A stretch of 64,000 nt of DNA from positions 34,489 to 98,488 of the IMG/VR virus record IMGVR_UViG_3300036820_000007; one strand, written 5' to 3'. Both the position numbers and the translations under genes were made by a program. The notes under the pieces are model-generated. The model was not told the DNA's origin. It ran no database searches and saw only the letters and a program-made list of their open reading frames with translations. The DNA is from a virus. Positions 57,935 to 64,000 of the stretch are shown here, in pieces (positions within the stretch are counted from its first letter, which is position 1; the number at the start of each line of letters is the position of its first letter).

Positions 57935-58177
57935 TCAGCCGCCCTGCAGCTGGTTCCACATGCGGATCCGGCCCGCCTCAGGGTCGAACGTGCGGATCGC
58001 CACGTCGTCCTGGTTGGCGGCCCCGCCCCTGGTCTCCGCCAGGGTCTGCGCGAACGCCTCGGCTGCGGCCTGCACCTGCAGGTCGTCGGCCTTGTTCCAG
58101 GTCAGGTCTTCCAGGCCCGGGCGCTCGAGCGTGCCGGTGTACTCGACGACGGTTGCCTCTTCTATTACGGCGGTCAC
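57935..58177 (-). CDS. small protein ending in Gly-Gly (ubiquitin-like modifier candidate)
   Basis: GAGGAG RBS; IRTFDPEAGRIRMWNQLQGG-stop. Confidence 0.7.
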   Translation of the reverse strand: MTAVIEEATVVEYTGTLERPGLEDLTWNKADDLQVQAAAEAFAQTLAETRGGAANQDDVAIRTFDPEAGRIRMWNQLQGG

Positions 58178-58341
58178 GTGAACTCCTCACGCCATTGGCA
58201 GCCCGCCCCTTCCGGCAGCCTGCCGTTACGTGTCACACACTAGCGGCCCGTAATCGACTCGTCGCGCTATGTGACCATACTGGCGACACTCCCTGATGAG
58301 GCCTCCTTGCTAACCTAGAGATTCGTGCTAAACTCAAGGTC

Positions 58342-58533
58342 ATGATTCCAGAAGAGACGGTCGCGGCCGACGATGTCCGGCGGCGCTTTCGCGAACTGCT
58401 CAACGAGGTCGAGCACCAGGGCGCCCATCTGACAGTGACTCGCTACGGGGAGACGGCTGCCGTCATCGTGCCCTACGACTGGTACCAGGAAGCCAGGGCA
58501 ATGACGAAGGGGGAGAGGGCCGTCAGTGAGTAA
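58342..58533 (+). CDS. Phd/YefM-family antitoxin-like protein
   Basis: RRRFRELLNEV...VTRYG..AAVIVP; TGnTAAACT-N7-ATG leaderless. Confidence 0.85.
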   Translation: MIPEETVAADDVRRRFRELLNEVEHQGAHLTVTRYGETAAVIVPYDWYQEARAMTKGERAVSE

Positions 58534-58840
58534 GCGCATCGGCCGCTGGGTCTACAACTCCACCAGCACCCGCTACGGCATCGCCGGGTGGCACTTGGAT
58601 GACTCGCCGGTGGTCATCGACTTCATGCCCGGCCGCGGCTGGGACGGCAAGGGCGAGTACCAGCTCTACAACTGGCCGGCCGGTACACCGTTCGGCCAGG
58701 AGCGGCCGGCCGTATTCGACCACGAGCCACTGGCCCGCTACCTGCGCGATGCCATGCAAGAGGTAGAGGAAGCATGGGACGAAGCGCATCCGCCGGACAT
58801 GGCCACGCTGAACGGGAGTGGCAGTGAGTCTCAAGATTGA
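58526..58840 (+). CDS. hypothetical protein
   Basis: coupled ORF with RBS. Confidence 0.6.
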   Translation: MSKRIGRWVYNSTSTRYGIAGWHLDDSPVVIDFMPGRGWDGKGEYQLYNWPAGTPFGQERPAVFDHEPLARYLRDAMQEVEEAWDEAHPPDMATLNGSGSESQD

Positions 58841-59057
58841 ACCAGTAATCGACCCCTTCAGGTCGCGCCAAGTCCCCGATGTCGCCGGACGGTTCTCGAA
58901 GGAGCGCGACAGGCACCAGCGGGCCGCGGACCTTATGTGGCTCGGCGTCCTCGCCAGCCAGTTCACCCCGCACGAGATCAGGCTGCTGGACGACCTCGGA
59001 TTCCTGTCCCAGCATGACCGGGACCTGCTGGCGCAAGTGCGGAAGGCGGCGCGATGA
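58818..59057 (+). CDS. hypothetical protein
   Basis: coupled ORF. Confidence 0.5.
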   Translation: MAVSLKIEPVIDPFRSRQVPDVAGRFSKERDRHQRAADLMWLGVLASQFTPHEIRLLDDLGFLSQHDRDLLAQVRKAAR

Positions 59058-59278
59058 GCAGTGGACCCAGGGACGTGCCGATCGACACCTCCCGCGCCAG
59101 AGCGGAGGCCGCCCGGAGGCCACGGCGCCGAGTCAGCGCGCCCATGCCCGCCAAGTATGAGCCGCTCGCCGTCTACAACGCCGAAGTCTCGCGCGGGATC
59201 GTCCACACGCCAGAGTACGACGCCGCGATGACCGCACTTCAGCGCGAGTTCAATGCGTGGTCCCGAGGAGACTCCTGA
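59054..59278 (+). CDS. hypothetical protein
   Basis: ATGA overlap; YNAEVSRGIVHTPEY. Confidence 0.6.
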   Translation: MSSGPRDVPIDTSRARAEAARRPRRRVSAPMPAKYEPLAVYNAEVSRGIVHTPEYDAAMTALQREFNAWSRGDS

Positions 59279-59547
59279 TGGCCGCCAGCGGCTTACCAGC
59301 TGATCCCGTGGAGACGGTCGACCGGCACGAGGAGGTCGCTCACCGGCGCGCCTTCTGGGCCGGCCTGGTGTGCAAGCTGCACCTGCAGAAGCGCTTCGGC
59401 GTGGCCGTGCGCCAGATCCCGGGCGCCTGCTGCTGGGGGATCTACATCGAGCCGTACAAGGACACTGCGATGGACGGCGAGGTCGTGGCGGAACTGCGCC
59501 AGCGTCTCCGCCAGATGGAGACCGGACAGAGAGGGGCGCCGTCGTGA
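59278..59547 (+). CDS. hypothetical protein
   Basis: TGATG coupling. Confidence 0.55.
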   Translation: MAASGLPADPVETVDRHEEVAHRRAFWAGLVCKLHLQKRFGVAVRQIPGACCWGIYIEPYKDTAMDGEVVAELRQRLRQMETGQRGAPS

Positions 59548-59855
59548 GCGACATGATCCGTGTTTCCCGGGCGCTTTACCGCAATGCGCTTGCAGATGCT
59601 ATCGACTGGGAGGAGTCCTTCTGCGCCTCCCACGATCCTGACATTAACGGGGCGGTGGCCCACTGCAAGCCCGGGGCGCGCTGCGATGCCTACAAGACTG
59701 CCGCCAGGTTGCTCGCCAGCTACAGGCGCGCATACGCGGCAGCCGGCGGCCGGCCGGGCGTGCTTGAGTCTGCGCTCGCCGAAGCCCGGAGCGTGCCGAT
59801 CCAGGATCTCCCGATGAATGATCACTTCGTGCTACCCGACGACTCCCCCAGGTGA
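59544..59855 (+). CDS. hypothetical protein
   Basis: GTGA overlap; ALADAIDWEES. Confidence 0.55.
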   Translation: MSDMIRVSRALYRNALADAIDWEESFCASHDPDINGAVAHCKPGARCDAYKTAARLLASYRRAYAAAGGRPGVLESALAEARSVPIQDLPMNDHFVLPDDSPR

Positions 59856-59935
59856 TTGTGATCTTGGAAATCGAGGGCTATCATGACTTGCGGGAATCTA
59901 AATTCCCTGCATTTGAGCATAAATCGATGATGAGT

Positions 59936-60544
59936 TCAGTACGCAGGGACAGGGATTGGCGCGTCCTCCAGGTAGTACGCGGAGGTACGCAGAGACTGCG
60001 GCCAGGTGGCCAGCTCGGCCCGGGTCAGTGCACCCGGCGCGGCCTGACGCACAACGATCGTCTTCGGTGCCGCCGGATCGGCTTCACGCTTTGGGTTGGG
60101 TACGCGCTGCGGGCGTACCGGCCGCGCGGCCACCTCATGGCCGACCAGCGCGGGGGAGAGGTCGGCAACCATCCGGCACCATGGCTCACCGTTGTGGGCC
60201 GGATCCTCGCCGCGGAACATCAGGGCCGCGTGAATCATTTCGTGCAGCAGAACGTCGGCAACCATTCGCGGGCCGCCGGGCAGCTTGCGCTTGGCCGCTG
60301 CGGCACGGGTGCCAGTGAAGATCTCAGGCGGCAGCGTGATGCGCGGAGCGGCCAGCCAGTCCTGCAGATCCCGCGTAAGGCCAATGCAGTTGCCGTAGGC
60401 CGTCAGCCCAATGATCACAGGCAACGGCGGGACGCTTCCGGCGAAATGCTCGCGGTTCAGCCGCGCGAACTCGTCGGCGGCAAAGGTTCCGGCGGCGCCC
60501 CACAGCAGCGCGGCGGCCTGGCGGTAGTCAGCGTACGTTCCCAT
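59936..60544 (-). CDS. SprT-like zinc metalloprotease
   Basis: LNREHFAG.VP, LLHEMIH, H...W; TACAGT-N6-ATG leaderless. Confidence 0.8.
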   Translation of the reverse strand: MGTYADYRQAAALLWGAAGTFAADEFARLNREHFAGSVPPLPVIIGLTAYGNCIGLTRDLQDWLAAPRITLPPEIFTGTRAAAAKRKLPGGPRMVADVLLHEMIHAALMFRGEDPAHNGEPWCRMVADLSPALVGHEVAARPVRPQRVPNPKREADPAAPKTIVVRQAAPGALTRAELATWPQSLRTSAYYLEDAPIPVPAY

Positions 60545-60653
60545 GGCCAAACTGTAACGCATAACTACGTGCAACAGGCCGTCGATGCTGTTACGATGAC
60601 TCGCGAGAAGAGAACTTCTCACTAGTTGAAGCTCCAAAACGAGGGGAGACTGC

Positions 60654-61733
60654 ATGCTCAGCGAACCCGAGGGCGAACCGCTTACTGGCGTCGTCGTCAG
60701 CCTGAACAATAGGCCCAGCCGCACGATCGCCCATGACCTGCCGATCCCGGACGCGGCTCGCCCGGCTGACGTGAATCCCTACAGCGTCTACCTAGCCTCG
60801 CTCGCGAAGGGCAATTCGCGGCGAACGACGACCTACCGCCTAGACCAGGTCGCCTGCCTTGCGTGGGGCATTGAGTACAAACGGGGCAACTGCGGCAGCC
60901 GGGGCATCGGAGCCTTCTTTCCCTGGGAGGCGCTCCGGTTCCAGCACACGTCCGCGATCCAGGCCGAGATGATAAGCCAGGTCTGGAGCCCATCCCGCGC
61001 GAACGCCTGCCTCAGCGCCATGCGGAAGACGCTCCAGACCGCCTGGAAGCTCCAGCTCATATCAACCGACGACTACCAGCTAGCACGTGAAGTCAAAGAC
61101 GTCAAGGGCAGCCGTGTTCGCGCGGGTCGCAGCATCCATCCCGACGAGATGGCAGCCATGATGAAGGCGGCACTGGCCGATCCGGATGACCCAGCCGGAA
61201 TACGTGACGCCGCCCTCATCAGCCTGCTCTGGTCCACCGGGGCTCGCGAGGCCGAGGCCGCGGCGGGGGCAATCGAGCACTACGATGCAGGCCGCCGCAG
61301 GCTGAAACTTCTCGGGAAGGGCAACAAGGAGCGCTACGTCTACCTGCACACGAACGCCGCGCTGGCCCTAGAGCGATGGCTGGCTTTCCTCAACGCACGC
61401 AGCGGGCCCATCTTCAGGAAAATCGACAAGCACGGCCACATCTCGCCGAAGGCCGTAGCTTCCTGCAGCGTCTATTACATCGTCAACCGCCGACGCCTGC
61501 AGGCAGGACTGGCGCCACTCACCCCTCATGATTTCCGGCACACCTTCATCGGCGACATACTCGACGCCGGCGCTCACCTCCCCCAGGCTCAGGAACTCGC
61601 CGGGCACGAGAGCGTTAACACCACCGCCGCTTACGTGCGGCACGACGAAGGCGCCTTGCGAGATGCCGTCGACCGGCTGCCGATTCCGGACATCATGGCG
61701 CTTGCGGGCGCCGCGAAGGATGGCGCGGGATGA
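60654..61733 (+). CDS. tyrosine recombinase (Cre/Xer-like resolvase type)
   Basis: RD..L..L..TGARE.E, GKGNKER, HDFRHT, AGH...TT..Y; no arm-binding domain evident. Confidence 0.92.
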   Translation: MLSEPEGEPLTGVVVSLNNRPSRTIAHDLPIPDAARPADVNPYSVYLASLAKGNSRRTTTYRLDQVACLAWGIEYKRGNCGSRGIGAFFPWEALRFQHTSAIQAEMISQVWSPSRANACLSAMRKTLQTAWKLQLISTDDYQLAREVKDVKGSRVRAGRSIHPDEMAAMMKAALADPDDPAGIRDAALISLLWSTGAREAEAAAGAIEHYDAGRRRLKLLGKGNKERYVYLHTNAALALERWLAFLNARSGPIFRKIDKHGHISPKAVASCSVYYIVNRRRLQAGLAPLTPHDFRHTFIGDILDAGAHLPQAQELAGHESVNTTAAYVRHDEGALRDAVDRLPIPDIMALAGAAKDGAG

Positions 61734-61936
61734 GCGCCGGCGAACCGGCCGGTGAGGCGCTCGTCGACCAGCTTGACCTGGCCGTAGTCGGCTACATCCT
61801 CATCAAGGGTCCCCGGGCAGCGCAATTCGTGCGGGACGTGATTGCCGAGACCACTGACGCAGTGGTCGCCAAGTGGTTTAACGACGACGCCTGGAAAGTT
61901 TCCGAGTGGGCATTCAAGGGCGGCGCTGGCGTATGA
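61730..61936 (+). CDS. hypothetical protein
   Basis: ATGA overlaps. Confidence 0.55.
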   Translation: MSAGEPAGEALVDQLDLAVVGYILIKGPRAAQFVRDVIAETTDAVVAKWFNDDAWKVSEWAFKGGAGV

Positions 61937-62229
61937 ACGACGGCTGCGACACCCCGAACTGCACCCAGCCTCACCCATCGCGCCCATACGCCTGCGGGGA
62001 GCGCTGCTCCACCCACGCACCCGGGACTCCGCCTGCAGGCCGGTACTGCGCCCCGCACCGGTGCTACTGCGGAGGGTGCCCCAGCTATACGGCGTACAGC
62101 TTGTACGCAGACAACCCTGAGCGCGTGGTTGGCGATGCGCGCGCCGTCGTTAGCGGAAAGCGACGGGCCTCGCCCGCTGAACTCCAGGTGGCCCGGACCA
62201 TACTCGCCGAGCACAGAAAGTCGGCTTAG
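61933..62229 (+). CDS. Cys-rich zinc-binding protein
   Basis: C....C, RPY.CG.RC..H, C....CYCG.C. Confidence 0.65.
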   Translation: MNDGCDTPNCTQPHPSRPYACGERCSTHAPGTPPAGRYCAPHRCYCGGCPSYTAYSLYADNPERVVGDARAVVSGKRRASPAELQVARTILAEHRKSA

Positions 62230-62261
62230 CGTCTGAGCTACAGAAACGAGAGGAGACGGTA

Positions 62262-62648
62262 ATGGCAACGCATGCCGAGGGGCAGTCCCCCGCGAACGGT
62301 AAGCGGAATATGAGCGGCAAGACCCGAGCCATACGGAATATGAGCGGCAAGACCCGAGCCATACTGGATGGCGAAGCGTCCCTGACAATGCTCAAGTCCC
62401 CGGTCCTGGAAGCGAGATATGAGGAGGCGGTTCGGGCGGCGAGCAGCCTGGTCGGCCTGGATCAATGCCTGACATGGTTGGACGAAGCCTGGCAGGCGTC
62501 GGCCCAGGTACCTCAGCTGATCAGTCAGGGCGAGATGCAGGAAGCCGAAGCGTCCGCAGAGAGGATGTTCCAGCTCGTGGAGGCAGCAATCTCGGCGTGT
62601 CCGCCGAGTGCCGAGTCGCGGCCACCCGGGCACAAGAAGTCGGCCTAG
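62262..62648 (+). CDS. hypothetical protein
   Basis: GAGGAG RBS. Confidence 0.65.
   Translation: MATHAEGQSPANGKRNMSGKTRAIRNMSGKTRAILDGEASLTMLKSPVLEARYEEAVRAASSLVGLDQCLTWLDEAWQASAQVPQLISQGEMQEAEASAERMFQLVEAAISACPPSAESRPPGHKKSA
62304..62363 (+). repeat. perfect 30-bp tandem duplication (RNMSGKTRAI x2)
   Basis: cggaatatgagcggcaagacccgagccata twice. Confidence 0.95.
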
Positions 62649-62672
62649 CGTCGGATACGAGAGGGGACGGTT

Positions 62673-62942
62673 GTGGTAACGAACCAGACAAGGGACAGGC
62701 CCTCCCTGCCGCCATTCAGTGACGTGCCGGGGGCGTGCCCGAAGTGCGGCAAAACGGGAGTCACAGCTGCGTGGCATCGCTTTGGCGGCGAGCTAGGCAG
62801 CAATAAGGGATTCCCGTGCTACCACATCTTCCGGAAAGAGCACATGTGCAGAAGATGCCCCACCTGCGGGTACGGCTGGATGGAGGCGACCGCGGATGCG
62901 GCCGACGCGCAGGGTCAGCTTGCGGCGGCGCTCAATGCCTAA
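62673..62942 (+). CDS. zinc-finger protein
   Basis: CPKCG...EH..R.CPTCGY.W.E. Confidence 0.7.
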   Translation: MVTNQTRDRPSLPPFSDVPGACPKCGKTGVTAAWHRFGGELGSNKGFPCYHIFRKEHMCRRCPTCGYGWMEATADAADAQGQLAAALNA

Positions 62943-63534
62943 GCCCACGCTGACCGTGCTGATCGGCCCGTCCGGGTCCGGCAAGTCCACCTACGCAGCC
63001 GCACACTGGAAGCCCAGCCAGATCGTCAGCAGCGACCACCTCCGCGAGATGGTCAGCGACGACCCTTGGGACCAGCTGGCCACCACCGACGCGTTCGTGC
63101 TGCTGCACCAGATCGTCGAGATGCGGCTGCAGCGCGGCCTGGACACGGTCGTGGACGCAACCAGCTCCTATGCCGAGCACCGGGCCATCCTGGTGTCCAT
63201 CGCCAGGCAGGAACGTGCATTCGTGCGTGCCGTGGTCATGGCCACTCCGCTGCCTATGTGCCTTGACCGCAATGCGTGCAGGTCGCCGAACGTTCCTGAG
63301 AACGTGGTCGTGGCCCAATGGGAACGGATCGCGGCCGATCTGCGGACACTGGGCCGCGAAGGCTTCGGCGAGATCGAGTTCGCCGGAACCGGTTCAGCGA
63401 AGGCCGTCGAGATTGAGGCGCTGATTGAGGCGTCGTCTTTCGGTACGCCGGGAGCGCGCAAGCTTCGCGAGCGAGGGCGCCAGATGGCCGCCCGGAAAGC
63501 GGAATCGCCGGGCGGAAAGGGCGGCGGAAGGTGA
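62935..63534 (+). CDS. P-loop kinase (AAA_33/polynucleotide kinase-like)
   Basis: LIGPSGSGKST, VSSD.LR, VVDAT, C..RN..R...VPE.VV. Confidence 0.85.
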   Translation: MPKPTLTVLIGPSGSGKSTYAAAHWKPSQIVSSDHLREMVSDDPWDQLATTDAFVLLHQIVEMRLQRGLDTVVDATSSYAEHRAILVSIARQERAFVRAVVMATPLPMCLDRNACRSPNVPENVVVAQWERIAADLRTLGREGFGEIEFAGTGSAKAVEIEALIEASSFGTPGARKLRERGRQMAARKAESPGGKGGGR

Positions 63535-63890
63535 TAACCGTCAAGGTCTATGACGATGCCGGAACGTGCGTCAGCGTCCACGAGGCGCACGGCGGGGGCG
63601 AGGGTCCCCGGGCGGTGATCGATGCGCTGCAGCGCGCGCTAAGGGCCGAGGCAAAGGTGCTGCCGGTTGACCCAGGCGCCGGCGACCACCACCACGAGCA
63701 GCGCTCCGTGCTCGGCATGACCCTGGCTCAGGTCGCCGGGCTCATCATGACGGAGAAGATCCCTATCACCGCCGTGTTCGACGCGCTCCCTGGTGACATG
63801 CCGATGATCCCCGGCCCGAATGGGGAAGGCGACGGCGAGTGCATCATCGAGCCCGTGCTGAGCTGGACGGTGGCGCACGATGGCGAATGA
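63531..63890 (+). CDS. hypothetical protein
   Basis: GTGA overlap. Confidence 0.55.
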   Translation: MITVKVYDDAGTCVSVHEAHGGGEGPRAVIDALQRALRAEAKVLPVDPGAGDHHHEQRSVLGMTLAQVAGLIMTEKIPITAVFDALPGDMPMIPGPNGEGDGECIIEPVLSWTVAHDGE

Positions 63891-64000
63891 GCAAAGGCGC
63901 CAGGTCATCAGCGATCTGGCAGTCGTGCTGCATCAGGCCGTACGCCGCGCCGGGTACCTGCCGATGGCAGCACGGCACGCCGCTATGCGGCTAGAGGAAG

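Noticed and set aside
57935-58177. Pup or ThiS/MoaD assignment
   Set aside because: Pup ends in GGE/GGQ; no sulfur-transfer or pupylation genes are adjacent, so the family is left unassigned
60654-61733. Classical integrase with attP
   Set aside because: No arm-binding domain or tRNA-like att core seen; with ParA present a resolvase role fits better, though integration is not excluded
1-64000. CRISPR array, tRNA, rRNA
   Set aside because: No regularly spaced repeat-spacer units, cloverleafs or rRNA-like tracts recognised by eye

Overview
High-GC actinobacterial temperate siphophage or prophage, most likely a phage-plasmid; the host is tentatively a mycelial actinomycete. About 0.65-50.3 kb is a + strand late operon. 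It starts with a giant prohead protease/scaffold, major capsid and head-tail connectors, then a neck-region fibre cluster. Next come tail tube, a -1 frameshift chaperone, a tape measure with C-terminal lytic transglycosylase, and Dit/Tal. About 17 kb of baseplate and mosaic glycine-rich/beta-helix fibre genes follow, then an extended lysis region ending in a strong terminator. Embedded in this operon are morons (notably a leaderless Wzy-like membrane protein), a fibre-tip pseudogene and a frameshifted HNH-AP2 endonuclease. 50.4-64 kb is accessory/maintenance DNA: a BldC homologue heading secreted-protein genes, ParA plus a putative centromere-binding partner with an 8-bp repeat array, an orphan DUF397, an orphan Phd-like protein, SprT-like protease, Cre/Xer-like tyrosine recombinase and a P-loop kinase. 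The best candidate for an undescribed system is a two-gene operon at 57164-58177: a small protein ending in Gly-Gly plus a Cys-x-His-Pro partner, a possible minimal phage ubiquitin-like conjugation module. All family calls are from motif recognition by eye; no searches were run.
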